NCBI GenBank assembly: GCA_011109175.1
Contig: RDEW01000005.1
Span: 496,001-560,000 of the forward strand
Reading direction: 5' to 3'
Length of the DNA stretch: 64,000 bases
From: Dicyema japonicum
Lineage: Eukaryota > Animalia > Dicyemida
In this document: piece after piece, positions 1 to 12,950 of the stretch
Numbering within the stretch: position 1 is the first letter of the stretch
Layout: every line of letters begins with the position of its first letter
Notes under the pieces: model-generated
Database searches by the model: none
What the model was told of the DNA's origin: nothing
The model's input: only the letters and a program-made list of their open reading frames with translations
Position numbers and translations under genes: made by a program

Positions 1-1510
1 AAAAATTAAATACCGGAAGATCTGCCGGACCAGACTTCATTACTGCAGAACTTTTACAATACGGCCCGGAGGAGCTAATTGAAATGATTACTAACATTTT
101 CAACCGGTCTCTCGAGGGTGCAGATGAACTGGAACTGGGAAAAGGGTGGCTAATTCCACTACAAAAACCGGGAAAAAGTAAAGGCCCCCCTCACAACTTC
201 AGACCTATTATACTCCTAACCTCCATACGAAAAACATTATCCCTCATTGCTTTAAACCGAATAAAGGAGAGGGTGAACATATTTCTTTCGGACGGCCAAA
301 GTGGATTCCGGACGGGCAGGTCCACGGCTGACGTGGTATGGGGGCACAGGTGGTATTGTGCCCTGTGCCAAAAATACAAAAAATCTATTGAGATACTTGG
401 TATCGACATGTCCCGTGCGTTCGACTCGGTGGACCGTGGAAAACTTATGGAAGTGTTGGAGAGTTTTCTACTGCCTGACGATGTCAAAATAATACACTTA
501 CTCATGCGGAACACTCAACTTGCCGTCAAAATTGGTGACTCTACCTCTAACTTTTTTTCGACCTCACGTGGAGTTCCACAGGGGGACTCACTATCCCCGG
601 TCCTCTTTATTGTCTACCTTGAGGCCGCACTAAGAGAGTTCAGACCCCTGGTTGGCAACAATTATAACGAGATAATCTACGCGGACGACCTGGACTTTGT
701 TTCTGAGGATATTCAAGTACTTCAACACATGCTTAACGTTCTTCCACACGTATTCTCGAAATGGTTCTTAACCGTTAACACCGATAAAACAGAGTTCACA
801 ACACTTACACGCAATGATCGAAGATCGGACGAGTCTTGGAGAAAGCAAAAGAAGGTGGGTTCGCTTCTCGGGGACTCAGAAGATGTTTCTCGGAGGAAAA
901 TCCTCGCAATGTGTGCACTAAAGAAAGTATCGAATATGTGGGGTCATAAGAAGAGGATGGGATTAAACACCAAACTCAGAATATATAAGGCTTTTGTCAT
1001 CCCCGTCCTGACCTACAATTCAGGCACTTGGGGAATCTCTAAACAAGAGATGGACCGTCTTGACGCTTTCCACAGGACACAATTGAAATCAGTAATCAAG
1101 ATCAAGTGGCCTAAGAAGATCTCAAACAATGACCTCTACTCGAAGTGCAAATCTGGTATACTATCCGAGGAGATCTTCAGATCAAGATGGAGTCTCTTTG
1201 GACATATCTTACGTCTAAATGCTCAAGTACCCGCGAATATCGCCATGGAAAACTACCTAATGCATACGGGAGCCGGTTTCCGTGGAAGACCAAGAGTCAC
1301 ACTCCCAACTATTTTGAATGGAGACCTGTCGGCTGTGGGACTGAAGCTCACTTCCGCAGACGACCTAGATACCTTAAGGGAACTGGCACGAAGTAGAGGG
1401 TCCTGGAAAAGGCTGATAGAGAGGATGGCTAGAAATACGGCACAAGGGAGGCTTGATTAATTTTATGACTTCTCGGGAGTGCTTTAAATAATAATAATAA
1501 TAAATAATAA
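1..1510 (+). mobile_element. RTE-clade non-LTR retrotransposon, 3' part with uninterrupted RT ORF (open from the window edge, 3..1460) and (TAA)n tail
   Basis: Frame is open upstream of the 84 ATG (KLNTGRSAGPDFITAELL = RT domain 0). Motifs FRPIILL, QSGFR, IDMSRAFDSV, GVPQGDSLSP, YADD, and RTE-type WSLFGHILRL and RGRPR. Short 3' UTR, then TAA repeats at about 1488-1510. Confidence 0.92.
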
Positions 1511-1719
1511 TGACTGGTTCCGCACTGCGGCTTTGAATAGGAGGAAGTGGATGAAACTAACCAGTGATTTGCTAACTCGTGTTGCACATACTTTGTCAAG
1601 TCCTATGACATAGCGATAAGTGCTAATAATAGTAGTTTTAGTATTTTTTCCGTGAGTTTTATTCCGCACAAGATTCTCGAGGGTCCTTCCCTTTTATCTA
1701 TCAAGCGATACGCCCCCAT

Positions 1720-2050
1720 AATTGTTCTCTCAATGAAGGATGTGGGGAAAACCTTTCAAGATTAAAAATCAACTTATCCCATCGGTCCAGATGGAATCCC
1801 AACAGTATTAATGAATAATACAGGCCCTTATGCTATCGTGGGCCTCACTCGCTTTTTCAATTTTTTCATCCACATGAACTCTATTCCATCCATATGGGAG
1901 TTATCTGATATACTTTAAAACCCGGACAGCCAAAGGACTTACCTGCCTCTTGCAGACCGATATCTCTCCTGTGGTAAAACAAAAATGACAGAAAAATGCC
2001 TACAAATCATTTTATATAGACAAGATGAATGTAATTAAGACAGCATGTTA
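1720..2050 (+). mobile_element. Degraded I/Jockey-like LINE RT fragment (domains 0-1)
   Basis: Translates GPDGIPTVLM...SIPSIW...LKPGQPKDLPASCRPISLL with frameshifts. Confidence 0.8.
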
Positions 2051-2269
2051 ATTCCATTAAATATTTAATGTCACGCCGGGACCTGATTGCCTGCTTTGAC
2101 CGTCACCAGCTCCCTGACAAATAACCCTGAACGAAGTCTTTAGACTCCTTTCTATGGTCGAACCAGTCGGTTTTTGCATACTTAACTGAAAATGACCTGA
2201 TGGAATGACCATTCTCATAAAATTAATATTTTTTAACTCTTATGTATTTCCTATTCCTCATGGGGGTCT

Positions 2270-2545
2270 TCGATTTCTTGAATTAATTCTCAGAAAATCG
2301 CAGCTACACAAAAAAGGATTTTGGAGTTACAGAGAAGTGGTCCATGGACAAAAATAAAATGACGACACCCTTGGAGATAATAATCTGAAGGAATAAGGGA
2401 GTAGGCTTGATCCAACGTGATCAGAAGACAACCAGATCCCAACAGGCTAGTATAGGATCGAGGGAGGAGCATAGAACCAAGCTGTGAGTTTTGATTAAAT
2501 TGTCGGGATCACTTTGTTATTTCGGTTCAACAGTGGTCTTGAAAT
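2270..2545 (+). mobile_element. 3' end of a GIT-type LINE
   Basis: QRDQKTTRSQQAS is similar to the copy at 49340-49600. It ends gtcgggatcac...cagtggtcttg followed by an AT-rich tail, as in other copies. Confidence 0.65.
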
Positions 2546-2629
2546 AATAAAAATCAATTTAAGAAAATAAAGGTTTTATAAAAAAATATTTCAATAATAA
2601 AATAAATAATTTTTTATGGCAAAAAACTT

Positions 2630-2643
2630 GTTTCTATAGTAAC
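2630..2643 (+). promoter_or_regulatory. RFX-binding X-box
   Basis: GTTTCTATAGTAAC matches GTHNYY-AT-RRNAAC exactly and lies 18 nt before the ATG of a centriole/cilia gene. Confidence 0.6.
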
Positions 2644-2661
2644 CATAGTTAGTAATTGTCT

Positions 2662-4340
2662 ATGCCAGATAATAAGACTAAACCATTTACCGTGGTAAAG
2701 TCAATTTATACATAAATTAAGATAAACGAAGAAAGATTGGATCAGCAATGCTTTCTCATCAGAAGAACATTACAATGTGGAACGGATCATTACAACAACT
2801 TGGAAAAAGCCCATTCCGAAGTTGAGAAGATACACAAAATTCCAGGGAAAAAACCCTCTGAAAGTCCAAAAAGAAGTACTTTTTATTTTTACAAGATCAC
2901 TCTCCCCCGTACGAGACAGACCGATTCCTAGTACATCAGTCAGAAATGTGCTCGTAGACCTTTTGGATAAACTGATAAACAAAATATATGTATTAACAGA
3001 GTTCTTGCAAAATGCTGATCGAAGTGACCAATAATTTTGATTTTAGTTGCAAAAGAGGCAGTCAATGTGCTTGCTTTCACTGATGTTACCGCTAACGTGA
3101 AACAAGCACGATTATCCAATTATATGACTCGAATTCAAATAAAGCTATTTGCCTTATTCCAGCAATTTGACAGTATTGACTCCTCAAACGTATCTGCAGT
3201 GTAGTGAATGTGTAGAACAACCTGCCCAATTTGGTTGTCATTGTAAGAGGGACTATTCGCTTACTGGACGAACTAAACAGTGCTTTGAATGCTAACTATA
3301 TCGGGGGACCATTCGATGGGAGAATCGAAAAAATCCCCGGACTCTGCAAACGAATTGTCGAATATTCGGCACAAATACCTGCTCTACAGTACGACAACAC
3401 AAATGATCTCAATATTATAGATTTTCTGCAAGTTCTATTCGTTTAATATCCGTAGAACAGTCTGCTGTATAGAAGTGCCTATTTTAAGGACAACAAGGTT
3501 AACAAGAGTAGAATAAAACACAAAAGAACTACAAAGGTATATTTCCCAAATATCCCAAGAAGGTCAGCTTTAAGGAAAGACGGGGCAAATCGCCAATTTT
3601 AAGCGAACCTGGGAATAACAAAAAGGACGCAGGAATGTTTTGATTAGGTCTGTTACCACTTTAGAATGGTCTCGTGTACGGAAGAAGGTAAAGACAAGAT
3701 TTGTGAATCAGCAAGTAGTGGACCAATCCTTGGTTTGCCTGACAAAGTCAGTGAAAAAATTCAAACTCAACCGCCAAGCGAGAAATCCCAGTTTTATGAA
3801 AAAAAAGATATTATCGGAGCTCTCAGAAGACTACAAATCAGCAGAAACGTAATCAGAAAAAGATGGGGCTTTGATAAGAAATCAGAGGTCCTTATTGAGA
3901 ACGTCGAAGCCCAACGAACTCCTTTTAAAAGAAAGCGAAATAATATTCTACCGCAACCAAGAGTTGTCAGAGTAAACTCGTCCACCACAGCCTCTCTGAT
4001 TGATTACAAGACGGAATTCGAGGATTATTTAAAATCGAGGAACCTCTTGGCTGTGAATGACAAGGTATCACCATGGGCAATAGCCGAACGGTCATAAATG
4101 CTCACAATTTTTAGAATTTGTGATAAAATCTGGAATGAAATTACAAGAGATGTCTCATGCGAAATGAGTGATATGTTGGATGACGCAGTTATCTCTGAAA
4201 TTACAGCCGAATTGAACTGCCCTGCCGATCAAGTAGTGTTAAGTGCTCACTTTTAGCTATTTGTGCCAGATACAGTCGAGGAAGATCTGTCTGACACCGA
4301 TATTATGGGAATCCCAGGATTTTTTATGCATATTAAATAA
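2662..4340 (+). CDS. KIAA0753: Compact KIAA0753/Moonraker (OFIP)-like centriolar protein, 10 exons
   Basis: Spliced with introns 2695-2721, 2876-2895, 3024-3046, 3190-3215, 3432-3455, 3537-3559, 3637-3664, 4091-4114 and 4233-4256. The product has FTVINEERL, RGTIRLL, IIDFLQ and SLIDYKTEFEDYL...SPWAIAERI, collinear with remembered KIAA0753 blocks (FSVISQERL, RGAIRAL, VIDILQ, SIGDYCSRFEQYL...NPWLIAESF). The exon 2/3 junction needs +1 nt in the A5 run at 2868-2872, or a 40-nt intron. Confidence 0.72.
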
Positions 4341-4838
4341 TTTGTTCATTAAATATAAATTATTCAAATAAATTGTTGACACGTTTGACGTGACCTTCAC
4401 CAATCACTAGAAAATCAATAAAAAGTGATCTGCAACTACGTCAACAAGTATTTTGTTCATTCAGTCACTATAATAAGTCCATCTTATATTTGAGTTACCC
4501 TTGATGGATTTACTTATTTAATACTCCCGGATATACCAGAGAGAGGTTGTGGGTTAATTAAGGCATACACAGTTCGTACGGCTTGAGTGAAACATATTTT
4601 CTCCAAACATCAGCCCATCCATATCCGGAGATCCCTCCAGTGAAATAGGGAAGAGGTAGATCCTTCATGGATGCCTTTGTCGAGACAGGTGGATGACGTG
4701 ACACTATTGATGAATCACCCTAATAGTCATAAAGTGAAAATAATACTATTAACACTAAGAAAAGATCAAAGCCAGTTTTTAAAATTCAAAAACCGTTAAA
4801 ATCGATGTGGATGCTAATAAATTAAAGAAACGGCGTGA

Positions 4839-6431
4839 ATGAACTTAATGCAATCTCTGTGCGAGGCTAAGAGAAGTTTTATGTCCACGTGGGAGGACGG
4901 ACTTTCCCCTGATTATAGATTTAATTTTGTATGCTGGGTGGACGAAAAGATTTCCCAATTTAAGAGATATGGCAAGATTAGTTTTGGTTTGTCAAGTTTG
5001 CTGACTTTAGGGGATTGCGAAAACTCTCAGTACCCCCATGGGTATCCCAAACCCTCTATAATTCCGTTCGAGAGAAGTTCGACAGACTCCTCGCCGATAC
5101 GTCTACCAGAGGAAAGCAAGCTATCAAAAAAAGTCTCCTGTGTCTGGGTATATTGAGTATCTCAGGGATAATAGATATTTTGAATCGACAGATGGAAGAC
5201 GACAGAGCACCAAAAATACGAAAGGAGAGTCGGACCCCTCGCAAGAGTTGCCCCCGTAAGACTGAGAGCACTGTCTCTGAAAGCAAACAGAAAGTAGATG
5301 ACAACGTGTGTAGTACAGCAAGTAAACTGTCTCAAGCTGACTCGTCTGATGAGAAGATTGCGAAAAGTAAGCATAAAAGTGCCTCCGATCTGATCAGTGA
5401 AGAGATGACTCTAACCTGCAGTCCGGCAAAATATATCAAATTGGATGACTTTGGTACCCCAGTTTCAAGTCCTCTGAAAATAACCAAGAAGACTCCCGTT
5501 AAAAATATTATCACTGCGCTTCAGGAATCCATGGACCTTACCAGAATTGAAAAATCTGGGGACTTTGAGTCAATCTTTGGTCAATTTGTTAATGTGACCT
5601 CGAAAATTTTTAAAACTCCGACAAAAACAGACAGAAACCCTGACAAAGATTTGGAAGTCTCCGAACAAGAGAATATTGTTTGCCATGAGAAACAAGTCAT
5701 CAAATTCATTGATTTTTGTGGTGAGGATTGTTCCAATGGGGACTCCAATATGTGCTGTAGTTGATGAGGACTCAAATATGGTCTCCGATCTATGCCTTAG
5801 TGAAATGGATGTTGAAGGAGTAACACACAAACCTCCTACAGAAAGTGCAAAAATAACCGAAAGTCATGGTTCTGATTTTAATGTTTCCGATCAACAAGAC
5901 GATACTGGTCGCTCTAAAAAACAAGTCATCGAATTCACAGATTTTTTTAATGGAAATTGTTTAAACGAGGATTCCAATCATTGTCCTCTTGTGGCTGATG
6001 AGGACTTTAATATGGTTTCCGATGACTTTCTTAGTGGAATGGATGTCGATAGAGTAACGCAAAAACCGCCTACAAAAAGTGCTAAAATAACCGAAAGTCA
6101 TGATTCTGATAAAGATTTGGAAGTCTCCGAACGACAGGAGAATGTTAGTCGGCATCAGAAACAAGTCATCGAATTCACGGATTTTTGTGCTGAAGGTTGT
6201 TTCAATGAAGATTCCAACCATTGTCCTACTGTAGCTGATGAGGACTCCAATATGGTATCCGATGACTTCCTTAGCCGAATGGATGTCGGAAAAGTAAACC
6301 TGATATCAGTTAAAGCTATGGATAGTGAGAAAATCCCTGAGTTTTGTATGAAGAATACCGAGGAGTCTCCCGAAGTTACTGATCATGAAATCCATAATAC
6401 TTTTGATAATGTGGATGACCTTGTTCTTTGA
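4839..6431 (+). CDS. Orphan protein: basic/SP-TP-rich middle and three acidic repeats of about 80 aa; one frameshift
   Basis: ORFs 4839, 5015 and 5676 join through a putative 20-nt intron (4991-5010) and a 5-nt deletion near 5750 relative to repeat unit 3. No family recognised; the 5' end is uncertain. Confidence 0.5.
5639..6300 (+). repeat. Coding tandem repeat, about 2.8 units of 232-240 nt
   Basis: Units start at 5639, 5871 and 6105 and share AAACAAGTCATCxAATTCA, GATGAGGACTxxAATATGGT and AAAATAACCGAAAGTCATG. Confidence 0.9.
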
Positions 6432-8069
6432 TTTTTGTTACTATTTGACTTATTCATTAACATAATTAAAGGAAATTATACTCTGACAGGTCAACATTAT
6501 CATCAACAGTCTCACGAAGATGACATTTATCACCGATCTTCGTTGAAATGAATAGCCTGTTGGTCCCAGCACTGCAAAGTTCATCAGGCCGATCGGGCGG
6601 TTTGCTGTGAAAGGGAGATCCTATGATCATGAGAGGTACTCCCTTTGTGTGCTCAATGCTTTCGATTCGGAGATTTAACAGTGAATCCTTGCTTCTGATT
6701 AATTCAAGAATAGTTCTGCATGTGCAGGGACACATTTTATTTTAAAGAACAGTTATGTTAACTTTTCGTTAAAAAGGAGCAAGGAATGATATTTTATTTT
6801 TGTTGTGTGATAGTCCTTGTAGACTATCCTTATAGAGGTACTCAATGATGACAGACTCACTCGTTAAGTGTGGATTCTTTAGTCGGAATCGACAGCGGTA
6901 ATATTAGAACCCGGAACAATCAGGATTTTGTCCGGCATGACTGTTCGTCATCCTGGCTGATAGACATACTATTGAAGATTCCCTGACCAACTCCACAGGT
7001 GAAGATTATGTTAATAAATTGAAAATTTTGAAATTATAATGATGATTTTTCTGCATCTTACTTAAAAGTTCCTGATTTTTATGTGAAACAATAAGTTCGC
7101 TACTAAAAATGAGAAAAACAAAATTAATCAGTTAAAAGTGATAATTCCTTAGTAACTATGGATTCGAAACGACTAGTCTCTTACAATTTCTGTCGTTTGA
7201 TAGGCTTTAGATCGCTGTAAAGCACTGATGGCAAGGGTATTTCTTTTCGTCCGACATAAAGTACTTTAGACTGTAAACCTGAGTGAGGATTTAGTAAAGC
7301 TGTTTGGCAATGAGTAGTTTCTGGCAACAACTCGGCATGCATCAATGGGAACAATATTGCCTCAGTTAACTATTTGTGTTATAAATGTGACTTTACATTG
7401 AAATTGTGATTATTCGTATGAGTCGACAGCCTTGATGAATTTGGGCAGAGCTAATTGGTCCAAAGTTTGATTAATTAATGAAGTGTTCAGTGTAGACAAC
7501 TAATGGGGGAGGTTCGGAATTATAGATCATCGGTTCATGGAAATGGTAAATGAAACATTCCCAATACCATGATTTACATTTTAAACTTAAGTGAGTGCCC
7601 TTTTAAAAAAGACTCGTTGGTCGACAGAGATTCTGTTTCCGTGATTTAAACGTGTATTAACGGTAAGATCTCAGTTGCCGATACTCGTAAACGGCAATCA
7701 CAATTAACTATTACATATTTGTCCACTATATTGGGACAGCAAGGAGACATAGGGTTGTTCAATATCTTTATATTACCCACGTGGTTTTATTATTTTATGT
7801 CACTCTCAATTTTGTGCAAGTACCTTACAATGTGTTGCCAAAACCCGGCATGATGTGCACACTACCGGAGGATATTGTAGTAGAACTTATATCCGAGAGA
7901 ATACTGGTAATTTTTCTCATTTTATTATCGACAGTCTGAATGAATGAAGTGGATTGTAAATAGTGGATTTGATTCAGTGTATGCTCAGTCCTATCCCAGT
8001 TCGTTAACATTTGGATCGCTAACTTTTTCAATGGACGAAGAGTAATCTCCCATTCCACATCTTCAATCA

Positions 8070-8525
8070 CTAAATTTTTACCGAACGGGGTCCCGCACGG
8101 ATCCCCCTCTCTCCCATTCTATTCAACCTATTGATGAGCGACATGCCTTCTTACAGCTGCGACTATACCCTATTCCTCTCTTACGCCGACGACTTAATCC
8201 TGGGACAAGAGACCAGTGCATTCACACAGCGGCTTACAAAATTCACTGGATAACCTGAAGTGCTGGCTTACGAAGAACCAACTACATACAAGTCCTGATC
8301 TTTACTTCAATAGAAGATTGACTAACTAAACGCCTTCATTGACTCTAAATGGAATAACAATTCCCTCCACAAATTCAACCAAAATACTGGGGGTCACATA
8401 TGACCCACTAATGACCGTCAGCAAACATATGAGCGACATAATCTCCTCTTCCCAGAGAAAATTAAACTTTGTAAAAACGCTACTTGGATACTACAAGAGA
8501 TGGTTCCACCCAACAGTAGACGGCC
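8070..8525 (+). mobile_element. Degraded I/Jockey-like LINE RT fragment
   Basis: LPNGVPHGSPLSP..LFNLLMSD, YADD, KILGVTYD. Confidence 0.85.
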
Positions 8526-8579
8526 CCTACCTTTCTTTGTTTTGTCGGTGATTCTTGGTTTTTAAATTAAAAGAAAAGT

Positions 8580-8990
8580 ACCCAAATTGGTCACAAATAG
8601 TTCAGGATCAATTTTGGGCCAATTTAAGGGACTTTACTGTATAACCATGTTAGTTTCGCTTTTGCAAACTGTTAAATAAGTCATTTGAAGTATGCCAGAA
8701 TTTGGAGTCCCTTTTCCACTTACATGGACCTTGTCAAATTCTACAGTCGGACAACAGAATTGAATTTAAAAATGCCAACATTCAAGCTACATGTGAGAAA
8801 TTCAGAATACGTCACATGGGTGTCAATTCTAAATATGCAGTTTACTGCTACAATACAATGCACTCTTTTTCAAATGAGACGCCGCTCAAAAGGTATCGCG
8901 GAATTTTTGGAACAAATTCCTTACATCGAATGCAAAGAAGGTGCTAATTCAGACGTAATTCTAGTGACAAGAGTTAATGCTTCTGAATCA
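8580..8990 (+). mobile_element. Ginger2/TDD (KRBA2/SCAND3-like) integrase fragment
   Basis: LFHLHGPCQILQSDNRIEFKN resembles the FGxPxILQSDNGxEF core. Confidence 0.65.
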
Positions 8991-9369
8991 TCAAATTAAT
9001 AGCGGTTTTTAATTTATAAATTACAATTTTGTAGAATCCTTTGATTTTGAGATAACACCAATTGGGGGTGACGACGATTACTATCGACGGATGAAGAATG
9101 GGTGTACATTGTTGTACAATTATGCAATTTGAAATCAAGTTAAATTTATGTTGTATTTAATTAAAGTACGAATCGCGAAAGAATACGAATCTAACCCAGC
9201 ATTGATGCTTGATAAGTTTTAGTCAAAGTATTCTGATATTGCGAAATAGTCTCTATCTTATTTAATTCACGTGTCGAGGTATTTTCGAATTTATGTATAG
9301 GTTTAATTTTTTTAAATTAATTAAAATTAAATTCCAAAGACCACTGTTAAACCGAAAAAAACTAAACTA

Positions 9370-11310
9370 AGTGATCCCGACGAATTGGATCTCATCTTTT
9401 CGGTGTTGATCCTTGAGCTACACAAGTTCGTTGCGGACGAGCACTTTTTTTTGGCATTGGTGCCATTTGTTTTTTTCGATAGTTTCTCCATGGGCGTCGG
9501 TGATTTAATGTTTTCCTCTGTACCATCTATCCGTTAGCTTGAAGGCCTTTTTCTGGGTTGCGGAGATTTTCTGGATGTTCGTATAAGAGGCCAGTAGTCC
9601 CACAAAGTACACGCATATGAAATGCATGGTTCGATGTACTGTGAGTAGAAGTTTTAAGTATAAGCTGATATCCAATTTTCCTTAGACCTGTTAGGCATTT
9701 CAGAAGGTTGATTTTCTTCTCACATTTGTTCAACACGTTACATGTCACGAAAAGTTAAACCCAATATTTTTTGCCATTTGCTGAACGGCAATTCTCTTCC
9801 CTCCGCAGTAACTTTTATTGTCCTGTTCGACAGTCTTTTGTCCGAGAGAGTTGTAACTAATTTTTCGGTATTGATTTCATTAAAAACTCGAGTAGTCGAT
9901 CCATGTGGTGTTGTATTCTTTCCGTCGCTGTTTGGGTGTTCTGATCCCGTGAGGCTAAGACGATATCGTCTGCATAAGCCAGAAGCAGGTCGTCTTCTCC
10001 ATTCGGCGTCGGAATGTCAGCCGTAAATAGGTTGAATAGTAATGATGATAGCGGCGAGCCCAGGGGTACTCCATTTGGGAATAAACGGGAGACAGAATGA
10101 ATGTTTCAATGCACACTCTACCTCTTTGTCCGCTAAGGAAGTTCATCAGCCAGCGTTTGAGGTTTTCAGGGATATCTGATTAGTAGATTTTCCATGTTAG
10201 GTTCTTCCTCGGCACAGAGTCGAACGCTTTGTGGACATCTAGTGAGCACACACAGTTTTCTGGTGTTTTGGCTTGCACAGAAATCCAGACGAATAAAGCT
10301 AGTCAGGGTTTTGAGGAAGCTCGTTGTGTACCGATCCTTTTTGAAACCATGCTGGAACGGTTTATCGGAGTCCTTTCAGTGATTTTTGCGAGGATAAGCT
10401 TTTCCAGAATTTTTGACATGGAGCATAAGAGAGAAATATGCCTGAAGGAAGCTGGGTATTCTTTCGGTTTTCCTGGCTTCAATACTGGGCGAATGTTTGC
10501 AAGTTTCCATATCGTTGGGATTGAATTATAATTAATCGACAGTTGTAGATTTTGGTTAGGGTACCGATTCCCTCATTGCCTAGGTTTTCAGGAGGATTAT
10601 GGGAATTCCGTGTGGACCATGAGAATGTGTTACTTTTGTTTGGCTTAGGGATGCCATTACCTCCTTTTCCGTGAAATAAGTTAATTGATCCCTTTTCAGT
10701 TTTCCTAGCGGCGGTTTGGGTGGGTCAGTCTCATGTGGTTTTTGTGAGAGATTTTCGCGTAGTATTTTATTAGGGCATTTAGTCCTTTTGGCTGAATTCG
10801 TCATTTCCGGGGTCTTTCATCCACCTTCGAGATATTTTGAATAGTCTTCCAGACTTCGGATGTTGACCGGTTACGATTTAATGACGTAAAGACCATCTTC
10901 CATTTAGCTCTCTGTATTTTGAATTTATTGGCTTTTATTTCCTCGTTCAGCACTTTTAGACGGATCCTGCTTTTTTGAGACGGTTTCGTTCCTTGATCAG
11001 AGCCTTCCTTCCGTACTGTCTCGTGTAAACGACATATCTTTTAGGGACAGCCATTGTTCTTGCTTCCAGGATGACTTTGTTGACGTAGGCAACCAATATG
11101 TCAAGGGAGGTAAAGTTTTCCATTTGTATATTAGCCAAATGTTGGTCCGTAACTGATCGGAATAATTGGCATGTACCCCCGATGGAAGAGAGCTAATGAC
11201 TCTTTTTGGAAATGTTTTAGGAGCATTTCGAGCGCCTCCAGAGTTGCTGCATCCGGTGAGCCAAATGACACCACGTTAATTTTTAAAACCGCTATTAATT
11301 TGATAATTAT
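9370..11310 (-). mobile_element. Internally deleted GIT-type LINE (end of APE, linker, RT domains 0-4, C-terminus)
   Basis: GPHGIPIILLK, LKPGKPKEYPAS, AFDSV and WLMNFLSGQRGRV. The 3' end reads gtcgggatcacttagtttag...cagtggtcttt at about 9340-9385. Confidence 0.75.
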
Positions 11311-12950
11311 TATTATTAAGCCAAAGAAACACCGTCTTAACCAATAACTAATATTCAGGTGATCCCGGCATCTCTCAATAATCGGGCCATTTTTTCTCGA
11401 TGCTCCGACTGTGATCCCACGCATTTTCTATACGGACGGGGGTCTTTTTCCTTTCCTCTTCTGAAATTGCCTCCAGTTGCCTCTATGATAGACTCGAGTG
11501 CTCTGGGGGCAATTTCTTTATCTGTATATTTTTCTAGTAACTTTTTTGCTCTTGACTGGATATCTTGAATTTTTGTTAGGTTCGTTGCCGACAGGTTAGA
11601 TCCCCATGCAGCACATGCATAGCCTATTGTTGGCTCGACATACTGCTTGTAGAGGGTCCCGATACCTGGCGGATAAATTCCTCCACAGTTCCAAAGGAAG
11701 GCTTTTACAAAATTGATCTTCTTTGCACAGGTTGATATGATAGATTCCACATGGGCTGAGAAGCAGAGGAAAGTATCAAAAGTTACTCCCAGTATCTTCT
11801 GCGATTTCTTTTGTGGTATAGGCACTCCATTTAACGTGACATCAATTGTTTGCGTTCCCATCTTTCTATTCTTAGTGAATAGAGTGACTGCTGACTTCCC
11901 GGAACATGAATTTAATCGATTTTCGCACAACCATCAAAATATGTTATTTAGTATTCCTTGTAGTCTTTCCTTAGCATGTTCGACGTTTACGTCTCTAGAT
12001 GCGACAACTATGTCATCGGCATAGGAAAGTAGTATGTCATTATTATTCATAGGTACGGGAGATCACTCAAAAACAAATTAAAAAGGATTGGTGACAGAGG
12101 AGATCCTTGGGGTACACCATTGGGTAATAATCCCGATCTGGAACTCTTGTTTCCGACGACGATACTTTCCCTCGGCGTCCACTTACGAAATTTGCTAACC
12201 ATAACTTTAATGGTGCATCAATTTTTGTCAAAAATATTTTTCGTATGAGGATCTTCCTTGGGACAGAGTCGAAAGCTTTTTGAATGTCGATCGTACATAT
12301 GACCGATTTTTCCTGTTTTGGCTTGTTCTTGTGTCCTTCAGTTATAACTTCATTAATGTTGTTAGGAAGGAGGTTGTTGATAATCCTTCCTTGAAGCCAT
12401 GTTGGAATGTAGGTTGTGGGAGAAAGGGCGAATAACTTTTAGGACCAGTTTCTCCAGGATCCTCGACAAAACACATATAAGGGAAACTGGTCTGTAGGAG
12501 CCGGGATCGTTCTTCGGTCTTCCCGGCTTCAATATTGGTCGAATTTTTGATAGTTTCCACAAAGTCGGTATGGTATTTCTGTTCAGCGATGTGTTGTAGA
12601 TGTTTGTTAATGCATTTATTGATGCTGGGCCCAAGTGTTTCAGCAGAATAAGAGGAATTCCGTCTGGGCCACATGAGTTTGTTTTTTCTGATTTGATATT
12701 GCTTTGGATACATCTTCAGGGAGAAAATAAATCAGCGGGGCAAATTTGGATGGCTTTCTCTTTATTTTCGTTTGTGTGTTAATCTTTTTATAAGGAATGT
12801 GACTGATTCGAATACAATGTTTCATATATTTATTCAGATTGAGCTGGCATTGTTCTTTGTTATCTTCGTATTCTGGGTTCTTCAGACGCCTCAACAATTC
12901 AACCATTTATGTATAGGTTGAATTTTCTGATGGAAGCTCGGTCTTAATGT
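11305..12950 (-). mobile_element. 5'-truncated GIT-type LINE, RT to 3' end with (TAA)n tail
   Basis: LKPGRPKNDPGSYRPVSLIC, PNGVPQGSPLSP, YADD, KILGVTFD and YACAAWG. The ORF ends DAGIT*, with a tail at about 11305-11320. Confidence 0.88.

Noticed and set aside
5340-5370. CTGATGAG...CGAAA hammerhead-like core
   Set aside because: Stem II has a single pair, no stems I/III can be built, and it lies in coding sequence.
6466-7000. Minus-strand ORF 6466-6735 and upstream GC-richer block
   Set aside because: It may be a small spliced gene, but I found no consistent splice model or homology.
7825-8070. 81-aa ORF with EHTLNQI, faintly like the hAT CxAHxLNL motif
   Set aside because: One weak motif with no supporting residues.
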